Notes under the pieces: generated by a model
Databases searched by the model: none
Seen by the model: only the letters and a program-made list of their open reading frames with translations
Told to the model about the DNA's origin: nothing
Position numbers and translations under genes: made by a program
NCBI GenBank assembly: GCA_038227435.1
Contig: JBBRPW010000001.1
Span: forward strand, 9,632-73,631
Length of the DNA stretch: 64,000 nucleotides
Origin: Minisyncoccia bacterium
GTDB lineage: Bacteria > Patescibacteriota > Minisyncoccia > Phycocordibacterales > CALRBL01
Reading direction: 5' to 3'
Part shown: positions 19,680 to 28,326 of the stretch, piece after piece
Numbering within the stretch: the stretch's first letter is position 1
How the letters are laid out: the number at the start of each line of letters is the position of its first letter

Positions 19680-19843
19680 ATGATTTTGATTACGTAATCT
19701 AATAATAAAACCGTCAACCCAATACTGTTAATGAATTATATAGTAGGCCATCTTTTGTGCAAGAGCATAAAAGATAATCAAATAGATTATATAAGAGCGT
19801 GAATTTTGCTAAAAATTTCAGTTATTAAGTTAAATTTTCGCAA

Positions 19844-21376
19844 TTATCTTGCGTATTCAATCACTTTTGTTTCTCGAATTACTAAAATTTTGATTTCTCC
19901 TGGATATCTTAGTTCTGCTTCAATTTTAATTGCAATACTTCTGGCAAGTGTATGAGCTTCTAAATCATTTACTGCACCAGGTGTTACAAACACCCGTATT
20001 TCACGGCCGGCTGCAAGGGCATATGCTTTTTCAACTCCAGGGTAACCTGTTGCAATGTTTTCCAAATCACTTAATCGTTTCAAATAATTTTCGATAGAAT
20101 CTTTTCGTGCACCAGGTCGTCCTCCAGAAATTGCATCGGCAGTTTGTACAATAATAGATTCAATTGTCTCATATGGATATTCTTCATGATGAGCTTGCAT
20201 TGCTTTGATGACATCTTCATGTACTCCAAACTTTTGTAACACTTTTCGTCCAATTTCAACATGTGTCCCTTCAACTTCATGGTCGAGTGCTTTTCCAATG
20301 TCATGAAGTAATGCACCAGCAACTGCAATTTTAATGTTTGCACCAAGTTCTTCGGCGAGCATTCGTGCAATGTGAGCCATTTCAATTGAATGTTGTAAAA
20401 CATTGTGACCGTAACTTGTTCGGTAATGAAGTCGTCCTAAAATACTTATTAATCGTGGATCAAGATTGAGCACGCCCGTTTCGTACGCAGCTTTTTCTCC
20501 TTCCTCTTTAATAATTTTACTAATTGTTTCCTTGGCTAATTCTACCTCTTTTTCAATTTTGGCAGGTTGAATACGCCCATCTTTTATCAAGCTTTCTAGG
20601 GCTATTTTAGCAATTTGGCGCCTAATTGGATCATATGATGAAAGGGTGATTGATCCTGGATTGTCGTCGACAATTACTTCAACACCTGTTTCTCTTTCAA
20701 AAGCTTTAATATTTCTTCCTTCTTTTCCAATCACTTTTCCTTTCACTTCTTCGTTTTCAATTTGGACATAGCTTGTAAACATTTCTGAAGATACTGAAGA
20801 AGCGAGTCGTTGAATGACAATCGCTAAAATATCGTTTGCTCGTTTATCTAATGCATCTTCTCCAACTCGTTCTAATTTGAATAATCGGTTACTTAAATCG
20901 TCAGCCGATGTTTGCTCTATATATGTAATCAATTCTTGTTTAGCTTCAGAAATTGAAAGATTCGAAACTCGCTCGAGTTCCCTCATTTTTTCTGCATGCA
21001 TTCCGTCTACTTTTTCTTTGAGATTTTTAATCTCAACAACTTTCATTTTTAATCGTTCAACTTCTTTTTCAATTTCGTTTTGTTTTCGATCTAAATTTTC
21101 TTCTTTTTTTATTAATCTTTCTTCATTTCTTTTAATACCATCTTCTTTGTCTTTGGTGTCTTCTCGTGTTGTTTTTAAAAGTTGAGCAGCTTGTTGTTCG
21201 GCTTCAAGAGTAATTCGTTTGCTTTCTTCACGCGCATCCGTCAACATGCTTTTAATATTTTGTTCAATTGATCCTTTCTGAGCGAGGGAAATAAGGACTC
21301 TTAATACATATCCAAGAATGACGCCAACGACCCCTCCGGTAAGCCCGATGAGGAACGCTATTTTTAAGGCAATCAT
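19844..21376 (-). CDS. rny: Ribonuclease Y (N-terminal TM, coiled-coil, KH domain, HD domain).
   Basis: KH motif GKEGRNIKAFE and HD motif YGHNVLQHS...LLHDIGKA, with an N-terminal membrane anchor. Confidence 0.9.
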   Translation of the reverse strand: MIALKIAFLIGLTGGVVGVILGYVLRVLISLAQKGSIEQNIKSMLTDAREESKRITLEAEQQAAQLLKTTREDTKDKEDGIKRNEERLIKKEENLDRKQNEIEKEVERLKMKVVEIKNLKEKVDGMHAEKMRELERVSNLSISEAKQELITYIEQTSADDLSNRLFKLERVGEDALDKRANDILAIVIQRLASSVSSEMFTSYVQIENEEVKGKVIGKEGRNIKAFERETGVEVIVDDNPGSITLSSYDPIRRQIAKIALESLIKDGRIQPAKIEKEVELAKETISKIIKEEGEKAAYETGVLNLDPRLISILGRLHYRTSYGHNVLQHSIEMAHIARMLAEELGANIKIAVAGALLHDIGKALDHEVEGTHVEIGRKVLQKFGVHEDVIKAMQAHHEEYPYETIESIIVQTADAISGGRPGARKDSIENYLKRLSDLENIATGYPGVEKAYALAAGREIRVFVTPGAVNDLEAHTLARSIAIKIEAELRYPGEIKILVIRETKVIEYAR

Positions 21377-21415
21377 AAACCGATACTAGCAAGATTCGGC
21401 GTTTTGTCTACACAA

Positions 21416-21988
21416 TTAAGAGAGTACCTTGTCAATAATTCCGTATTTCTTAGCTTCATCTGATGTCATATAGTAATCACGGTCTCCATCTTTAGTAACT
21501 TGGTCAACAGATTTACCTGTATTTTTGGCAAGGATTTTATTTAAGACTTCTCGCATTTTTACAATTTGTTTAACACTAATTTCCATGTCGGCTGCTTTGC
21601 CTTCAGTTCCACCCCAAGGTTGATGGATCATAACTTCAGAGTTTGGAAGTGCAAATCGTTTTCCTTTTGCTCCAGCTGATAATATAACAGCACCCATCGA
21701 AGCGGCGAGGCCAACACAAAAGGTAGCAACTTCAGGTTTGATATGTCCCATAGTATCAACAATAGCGAGCCCCGCAGTTACTGATCCTCCTGGTGAATTG
21801 ATGTATATAGTAATGTCTTTTTTAGGATCTTCAGATTGAAGAAAAAGAAGCTGTGCAATAACAAGGTTTGCAACGTTGTCATCAATTGCTCCACCAAGAA
21901 AAATAATTCTTTCTTTCAAAAGCCGTGAATAAATATCGTATGCTCGTTCTCCGAATTGTGACTTTTCAATAACTGTTGGGATTAACAT
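21416..21988 (-). CDS. clpP: ATP-dependent Clp protease proteolytic subunit. The start is moved to the internal ATG ([10 protein letters not shown]...).
   Basis: [22 protein letters not shown]...[18 protein letters not shown]...GLAASMGAV with a catalytic Ser context. Confidence 0.9.
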   Translation of the reverse strand: MLIPTVIEKSQFGERAYDIYSRLLKERIIFLGGAIDDNVANLVIAQLLFLQSEDPKKDITIYINSPGGSVTAGLAIVDTMGHIKPEVATFCVGLAASMGAVILSAGAKGKRFALPNSEVMIHQPWGGTEGKAADMEISVKQIVKMREVLNKILAKNTGKSVDQVTKDGDRDYYMTSDEAKKYGIIDKVLS

Positions 21989-22136
21989 GTTTTTATAGTT
22001 TATTTTTAAATTTATTCTAGTATGGCGTGTCTTTAATGATATCAGGAAAGGATGCCTGGCATGTTTTGTATTTTCAGAATTTGTTAAAGACATCTCAAAC
22101 CCAGTCGTCATCGTACGATGGGGCGTGACCATATTT

Positions 22137-22145
22137 TGTGGATAA
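22137..22145 (-). promoter_or_regulatory. Perfect DnaA-box 9-mer (TGTGGATAA on the + strand) upstream of clpP.
   Basis: Exact reverse complement of TTATCCACA. Confidence 0.25.
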
Positions 22146-22252
22146 ACTGTGTGTAACTTTTTGATTAAATTACTTTTTTACTTACCCACGCCGTGAGTGT
22201 ACATCTCTATTTATTTGAATGCAATATCCAATAAATATGGTATCTTCATGTC

Positions 22253-23146
22253 ATGAAAAGTGACTTAAAAACAAATAAAAAAGTACACCGATTTTATGTT
22301 TCAAACAGTAACCTCATAGATATGTGGGCGGGTCTTATCGATTATCCAAGTTTAATAGAACAAACCTTCACCTACTCCGGGGAACACTCACAGCAGTTTG
22401 TTCATGTACTACGGTTTCAACCTGGAAATGTGATTATCTTGTTTAACGAAGTGGATGGAGAAATTAAGTGTGAGTTTACTGTGTGTAACAAGAAGGGGAT
22501 TGTGCTTAAGGTACTTGAAAACAGTGGATATCTCTCAAAAAAGTTCTGTGAAATATATGCCTACGTCCCTCTTTTAAAAAAAGAATCTTTTGATTTAATG
22601 CTTGAAAAACTAACAGAACTAGGTGTTTCAACAATTATTCCAACTGTTTCAACCCACACTCAAATATCCGACATAAACAACAAGCGAGCACAAAAAATAA
22701 TTATCGAAGCAACTGAACAGAGTGGGCAAATCGTCCCGTTGAAAATAGAAGAGATTATTTACCTTGATAAAAAAGAAATCTTGATCAATTCTTTATCAAA
22801 TCTTGATTATATCTTCATTCTACATCCATATTCGATTGAAATACCTACTGTTAATCATGGTGAAACAGTAAAAAAACCACAAAACAAAAGCTTATTTAGC
22901 CAAGTTACAAAATTAGTAGGGGATTATCAAAACAAAAAGACAAAATTAAAAGACCAAGTTTTAATTGGTCTTTTAATTGGCCCTGAGGGAGGCTTTAGTG
23001 ATTTGGATCTTAAAAATATTTTGTCCTTTATACCGGCTTCAAAAATTTCAGTGGTGTCTATAGGACAAAGTATTCTTCGTGCCGAAACGGCAGCTATTGT
23101 TTCATGCTCTCTTGTCCTTCAAGGATTTGCCACACTTTCTCATTAA
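22253..23146 (+). CDS. rsmE: 16S rRNA (uracil1498-N3)-methyltransferase RsmE.
   Basis: HRFYV...FVHVLRFQPGNVIILFN and C-terminal GPEGGFS...ILRAETAAI (SPOUT knot). Confidence 0.8.
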   Translation: MKSDLKTNKKVHRFYVSNSNLIDMWAGLIDYPSLIEQTFTYSGEHSQQFVHVLRFQPGNVIILFNEVDGEIKCEFTVCNKKGIVLKVLENSGYLSKKFCEIYAYVPLLKKESFDLMLEKLTELGVSTIIPTVSTHTQISDINNKRAQKIIIEATEQSGQIVPLKIEEIIYLDKKEILINSLSNLDYIFILHPYSIEIPTVNHGETVKKPQNKSLFSQVTKLVGDYQNKKTKLKDQVLIGLLIGPEGGFSDLDLKNILSFIPASKISVVSIGQSILRAETAAIVSCSLVLQGFATLSH

Positions 23147-24152
23147 TAAGCATTGTTTCAACATAAGAACGTGCTCGCTCTGGATCTGCGTCTTTAATTT
23201 CGTTAATAATTAAATTAACTTCGTGATCAACCTGTGCTTTCTCAGGAATAATTTTTTGTTCGGCCGCAATCTTATTTAAAATAAGTTGAATTTTTGAACG
23301 TTTGATTGCATCTGGCCCGAGCTCAGTTCGAAGGCTTTCTTCGGTCTTATTAATGTGCTTTAAATAGTCAGGATATGACAGACCCATATTATTAATATTG
23401 TCTTTCATTGAAACAAGCATCCTTTCTGTTTCGTTTTGAATCATAACTTTTGGAACATCAATTTCAGATTTATCGATAACAGCATCCATTACTTCCAATC
23501 TTCGTTTTTCACGATCCCGAACTCCCTTTTCATGAAGAATACTCCCTTTAATTTTTTCACGGAATTCGGCAACATCTTTGAAAGTTCCATATGCTTTAAT
23601 AAATTCTTCATCAACTTTGGGAAGTTCTTCATCAGAGTGATTATGATCATCTCCCATTTCAGAACCGTGGTTTTTATGAAGTGCCATGTGCCTTAGTCGA
23701 TCAATTGATTCTTCAATTTCTTTTTCTTCAACCACAACATCAGTTTCCTTTTTTTCTAACGTTTTTGATATTGCAATATAATCAGGAAGCGTAAATTCAG
23801 GAAGTGTTGCAACTAAGACCGTTACTTCAACAGGATTTCCTTTTGCTAATTTTGTAATACTTATTTCTGGTCGAGTAATCGACATTATTTTTGATTCCTG
23901 AATAATTTCCATGTAGGACTGATCAATTGCAATCATTGCAGCTTCTTCGAAAATTGAATGATCTCCAACTCGTTCTTTAATCATTTTTGATGGAACTTTT
24001 CCTTCCCGAAATCCATCAATCTTTATATTTTTTTGTAGGCTCTCAATTGCTTTTGCTTCAAAAGATTCTACATATGTAGAATCAAAAGTAACAAATAATT
24101 TTATTTCTGAGTTGGGAAGCTTTTCTGTTTTTGTGATTGTAAAATTAGACAT
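23094..24152 (-). CDS. tig: Trigger factor, shorter than typical.
   Basis: N-terminal ribosome-binding signature GFREGKVP. The gene lies immediately upstream of clpP, as in the tig-clpP arrangement. Confidence 0.75.
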   Translation of the reverse strand: MSNFTITKTEKLPNSEIKLFVTFDSTYVESFEAKAIESLQKNIKIDGFREGKVPSKMIKERVGDHSIFEEAAMIAIDQSYMEIIQESKIMSITRPEISITKLAKGNPVEVTVLVATLPEFTLPDYIAISKTLEKKETDVVVEEKEIEESIDRLRHMALHKNHGSEMGDDHNHSDEELPKVDEEFIKAYGTFKDVAEFREKIKGSILHEKGVRDREKRRLEVMDAVIDKSEIDVPKVMIQNETERMLVSMKDNINNMGLSYPDYLKHINKTEESLRTELGPDAIKRSKIQLILNKIAAEQKIIPEKAQVDHEVNLIINEIKDADPERARSYVETMLINEKVWQILEGQESMKQ

Positions 24153-24190
24153 AAGAAATAACTTAACTTTTAATTAATTCGCTAACCGAT

Positions 24191-24715
24191 TTATTTAGGA
24201 AGGGCATCTTTGTAGAGTTGAAGAGAAATATTGAATGCTTCAATCGCTTTATCTTTTCCTTCAATACTTTCAATTGTTACTATTTTATTTTGTAGTTGCT
24301 TATATGTAAGGAAAAAATGTTCAATCTCTTTTAGTGTGTGAGGATTGATGTCGGCTTTATCGTTTACATTTTTCCATCTTGGATCTCCGGTGGGAACACA
24401 AATAATTTTTGCATCAGATTCTCCATCATCAATCATGTTAACAATTGCAACAGGACGAACCGCAACTAAAATTCCAGGAAGAAGTGGATATGTTGTGAGA
24501 ACAACCATATCGAGTGCATCACCGTCGTACCATAACGTTTGAGGAACAAATCCGTAGTCGAAAGGATAATCTTGTGCAGTGTAAAGAGTTCGATCAAGAG
24601 CAATTACCCCTGTTTTTTTATCGATCTCATATTTATTTTTTGATCCTTTATTAATTTCAATAATTGTATTGATCGCCTCAGATGTTCCTGGTTCAATGTC
24701 ATGCAATAAATTCAT
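24191..24715 (-). CDS. ppa: Inorganic pyrophosphatase (family I).
   Basis: DYPFDYGFVPQTLWYDGDALDMVVL active-site region. Confidence 0.9.
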   Translation of the reverse strand: MNLLHDIEPGTSEAINTIIEINKGSKNKYEIDKKTGVIALDRTLYTAQDYPFDYGFVPQTLWYDGDALDMVVLTTYPLLPGILVAVRPVAIVNMIDDGESDAKIICVPTGDPRWKNVNDKADINPHTLKEIEHFFLTYKQLQNKIVTIESIEGKDKAIEAFNISLQLYKDALPK

Positions 24716-24741
24716 ATTTTTTTAGTGAACTAATAATAAAA

Positions 24742-26064
24742 CTATTCTGTTGGAGTTTCTTTTGTTTCAATCACAACATCAGTTGTAGCCTCTGCTATTG
24801 CATCAGTTAATGCTTCATTTTTAATTTCATCTTTTTTAACAATTTCAACTTGAACTTCATTACCATCTTCTGTAGGTGTTGGCTTTCCACTTGATTGAAT
24901 ATCAATTTTCCATCCAGTAAGTTTTGCGGCAAGTCGAACATTTTGTCCTCCTTTTCCAATCGCAAGTGATTGTTGGTCATCATTAACAATAACGTGAGCT
25001 ACCATAGTTTCTGGTTCCAATTTAATTTCATTAACTTTTGCTGGAGACAGCGCCTCTTTAATAAATTCTGAAGCATCTTCTTTCCAATCAATGATGTCGA
25101 TTTTTTCTCCTCCAAGTTCGCTTGAAACAGTATTTACTCGAACTCCTCGTTGTCCTACCATAGATCCAACTGGATCCACGTGTGGGTCGTTTGAAAATAC
25201 AGCAATTTTACTTCGAGCTCCTGCCTCACGCGCAACTGACTTAACAACAACCGTTCCGGCTTGGATTTCAGGTACTTCTACCTCAAAAAGCTTAGCTAAA
25301 AACTTAGGATGAGATCGTGAAAGCCGTAAAAAGATTCCTCGAGGAGTTTCCTCCACTCGTGTTAGGTACATCCGAACACGTTCTCCTTGTTTATAGCGCT
25401 CTCCTGGAATTTGTTCTTCATATGGAAGCATTCCTTGTGCTCGTCCCATATCGAAGAAAATATTACCTCTTTCCATTCGCTGAACAGTTCCTGATAAGAT
25501 TTCTCCTTCTCTTTTTCCAAATTCGGCTAAAACACTCACTTTTTCAGCTTCTCGAATTTTTTGGATGATTACTTGTTTGGCTGTTTGAGCGGCAATTCGT
25601 CCGAAATCGTCCTTATTTTCCAACGGAAATACCATTTCTTCGCCTACGGCGATACCCTTTTTAATTTTTTTAGCATCTTCTATTAAAATATGATGTTCAG
25701 GGTTAAATCTTGGTTTGATTTCTTGCCCATCTTCACCAACCTGCTTAGTTTCAAAGTTTTGATCAAAATTATGATTACTGTGGCCTTGTTGAGAGTTATT
25801 TTGATTTGATCCGTCAGCGTTTTCAGTGTCATCTGTGTCAAAAATAACTGAATTTTCATCAACAACTACCTTTATTTGAGAAAAATCTGTCTTTCCAGTT
25901 CCCAAGTCAAAATGAGCCCGTATAAACTGGCCACGTTTTCCAAATTCTTTTTTATATGCTGTTGCGAGGGCTAATTCTATGGTTTCCATCACTTTTTCCC
26001 GTGGAACTCCTCGTTCTTCTTCTAGTTGTTCTAATACTGAGTTAATTACTTTTAGGTCAAACAT
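24742..26064 (-). CDS. nusA: Transcription termination/antitermination factor NusA (with an N/Q-rich insertion).
   Basis: N-terminal NusA domain (MFDLKVINSVLEQL...), S1 domain (GTVQRMERGNIFFDMG), KH domains (IAVFSNDPHVDPVGSMVGQRGVRV). Confidence 0.9.
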   Translation of the reverse strand: MFDLKVINSVLEQLEEERGVPREKVMETIELALATAYKKEFGKRGQFIRAHFDLGTGKTDFSQIKVVVDENSVIFDTDDTENADGSNQNNSQQGHSNHNFDQNFETKQVGEDGQEIKPRFNPEHHILIEDAKKIKKGIAVGEEMVFPLENKDDFGRIAAQTAKQVIIQKIREAEKVSVLAEFGKREGEILSGTVQRMERGNIFFDMGRAQGMLPYEEQIPGERYKQGERVRMYLTRVEETPRGIFLRLSRSHPKFLAKLFEVEVPEIQAGTVVVKSVAREAGARSKIAVFSNDPHVDPVGSMVGQRGVRVNTVSSELGGEKIDIIDWKEDASEFIKEALSPAKVNEIKLEPETMVAHVIVNDDQQSLAIGKGGQNVRLAAKLTGWKIDIQSSGKPTPTEDGNEVQVEIVKKDEIKNEALTDAIAEATTDVVIETKETPTE

Positions 26065-26145
26065 GTTTTTATATTTAATTGTACCGACATTTGTAAGGTT
26101 GGAGCCCTATATATAGTGTTTTTAGCCATTTTCATTACTTTTCTT

Positions 26146-26175
26146 GTAAATCACTCTATATATAGAGTGATTTAC
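26146..26175. promoter_or_regulatory. Perfect 30-nt palindrome GTAAATCACTCTATATATAGAGTGATTTAC in the divergent nusA / surface-protein promoter region. Candidate operator.
   Basis: Exact dyad symmetry. Its core CTATATATAG recurs at about 26106 and about 57010. Confidence 0.35.
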
Positions 26176-26537
26176 AGAATTCATTAATAAAACGAGCTTT
26201 TTGAAGATAGAATCTTCTAAACACTGATTTTGGTAAAAAAATTGCCCGATCTCTCGATCCGGGGCACTCTGGATACCGTCCTTTATTGCTACCAACACAC
26301 GCACTATAATAATTTTATCTTCTTTAGTCAAATTTATAAAATTCAAGCTAAAAAGTTGATTTAATGTTTATCAACTCTTAATTAATAATTTTTCAAAACA
26401 ATTATTTTATTTGAAGTGAATAAATTATTTTCTTCACTAAATGTTACAAAGGTTAAATTCAAAAATAGTAAAGATATACACAGTTAAATTCAAATTTACC
26501 TGTACGGAATAGCCTCACAAGATATAATAAAAAGAGT

Positions 26538-27863
26538 ATGAAAAAATATATAAGCAAACTTCTTATCGTTGCTGCTATTTTTTTAATCTCTTTAGGAATT
26601 TATTCTAACTATTTTTCTCACAATAAAAATATTGTGCATGCCCAAGCACTCGATTCATTACAAACTTCTGGACTAAGATTTTTTGATGGATTTGCCTGGT
26701 CTTCAAATATTGGATGGGTTCATTTTAAAGGAACAGCAACAAATGGAACTACATACGGTGTAACAGTCGATGCTGCTACAGGCGCAATGTATGGAAATGC
26801 GTGGTCAACTAATCTTGGTTGGCTTTCATTTGATAGTAGCCTAACAGCTTCGTGTGGATCTAATGTTACATATGATAAAAATGCAGGAACATTTAGTGGA
26901 TACGCAAAGTTTGTTTCCGTAGACGCTGCTCCTGGAAATACTGGAGATTGGACAGGATGCGTAAAATTTTCTGGAAATACTAAAAGTGGCTCATCTTACG
27001 GAGTAACTGCTGTTGAAGGAACTACTCAAGCAGTACTTAGTAATACAGCTTGGGGAAGCGAAGTTGTTGGCTGGTTAAAAATGAGTGGAAATGGTTATGC
27101 TGTGACGATTACAGACACAGCTACACCTCCTCCTAGTTGTTTGCCCCCATCAACTCTTATTGAGGGTAAAGGAGCTAATGCAGGACTGTGTCAGTGTCCT
27201 CCACCAGGAAATGAGGTTATTGCTCCTGGCGCATCTTGTCCTGGACCTACATCGGCTCCTGTAATTAGTGCATCGTCAGGAGCGGGATGTAATCAAATTA
27301 ATATTACTTGGTCAGTTGTTCCTGGAGCCGATCACTATATTCTGTATGAAAGTACATCAGCAAACAGCGGATTTACTCAAGTTGCAAATAATATTGCAGG
27401 AAACATTACAAGCTATAACAGAACTACGGCTATTGTTGGAACGGCATACTATAAATTGGTTGCATCAGCAGATAGTTCAAATACTGTACTTAGTCCAGAT
27501 TCAAATGTAGCTTCAGCTCAAGTTCCTACAACGGGTTGTGTGGTACCTCCTTCATCATCAATCGGAACATTTGTAGGATCACCAACATCAATTGCTAAGG
27601 GAAGCGCATGCACACTTAATTGGACTGGAGTATCTGGAAATACATCATGTAAAATTTACCGGTCTTCAATTGGAGGAATTGCAGTATTTACTGTTCCTGC
27701 AGTTAAAGGACAAGCACAAGATGGAAGCACTGTAATCGATCCATCACTTCAAGCAACAACAAGATATTGGTTACAATGTGAAGCTGATTCTGCAACATTT
27801 CCACCAGTATTTAGCCAACAACAAACACAGTGTACGCTTGCTCCTAAATACGATGAATTTTAA
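26538..27863 (+). CDS. Secreted cell-surface protein (signal/TM, Cys-containing repeats).
   Basis: 441-aa ORF with an N-terminal TM helix and repeated W/G/S-rich segments. Confidence 0.55.
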   Translation: MKKYISKLLIVAAIFLISLGIYSNYFSHNKNIVHAQALDSLQTSGLRFFDGFAWSSNIGWVHFKGTATNGTTYGVTVDAATGAMYGNAWSTNLGWLSFDSSLTASCGSNVTYDKNAGTFSGYAKFVSVDAAPGNTGDWTGCVKFSGNTKSGSSYGVTAVEGTTQAVLSNTAWGSEVVGWLKMSGNGYAVTITDTATPPPSCLPPSTLIEGKGANAGLCQCPPPGNEVIAPGASCPGPTSAPVISASSGAGCNQINITWSVVPGADHYILYESTSANSGFTQVANNIAGNITSYNRTTAIVGTAYYKLVASADSSNTVLSPDSNVASAQVPTTGCVVPPSSSIGTFVGSPTSIAKGSACTLNWTGVSGNTSCKIYRSSIGGIAVFTVPAVKGQAQDGSTVIDPSLQATTRYWLQCEADSATFPPVFSQQQTQCTLAPKYDEF

Positions 27864-27874
27864 ATAGAAAAAAT

Positions 27875-28285
27875 ATGGCAACTTTTATAAACAACAATTT
27901 AGGAACAGAATTTCATCAAGATGAAAAAAGGAGAAAAATGTATACAGCCATGTTTATTGTTGTAGGAATATTAGTTGTAATTGGAGTTGTTATTTTATTT
28001 AAACAATACGAAACAGCTAAAAATGAAATTAAAAAAAGCACAGAAATAGTACTTACTCCAGAACAACAAAAACAACTTCTACTTTCACTTAATGCACAAA
28101 GTACATCAAGTGCAAAAACTACTCAACAAAATAATCTGCTACTAAAAAAATTATCAAATTCTACTTCGTCGCCACCGAGTGGAGGCAGTACAGTTGGGAC
28201 ATCGAGCAATAATCAAATAACGAAAGCACAAGAACAAAAACAACAACAACAAATAAATATGCTCCAGACACTGAAAGCAAAATAA
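27875..28285 (+). CDS. Small membrane protein with a Q/S-rich tail.
   Basis: TM helix IVVGILVVIGVVILF followed by low-complexity sequence. Confidence 0.4.
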   Translation: MATFINNNLGTEFHQDEKRRKMYTAMFIVVGILVVIGVVILFKQYETAKNEIKKSTEIVLTPEQQKQLLLSLNAQSTSSAKTTQQNNLLLKKLSNSTSSPPSGGSTVGTSSNNQITKAQEQKQQQQINMLQTLKAK

Positions 28286-28326
28286 AATTATTAACACATT
28301 ATTAAATTATTAAAACCATCAAATTT

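Noticed and set aside
26122-26346. 74-aa minus-strand ORF in the nusA divergent region
   Set aside because: It covers the 30-nt perfect palindrome and TATA-rich promoter sequence, so it is more likely regulatory DNA than coding.
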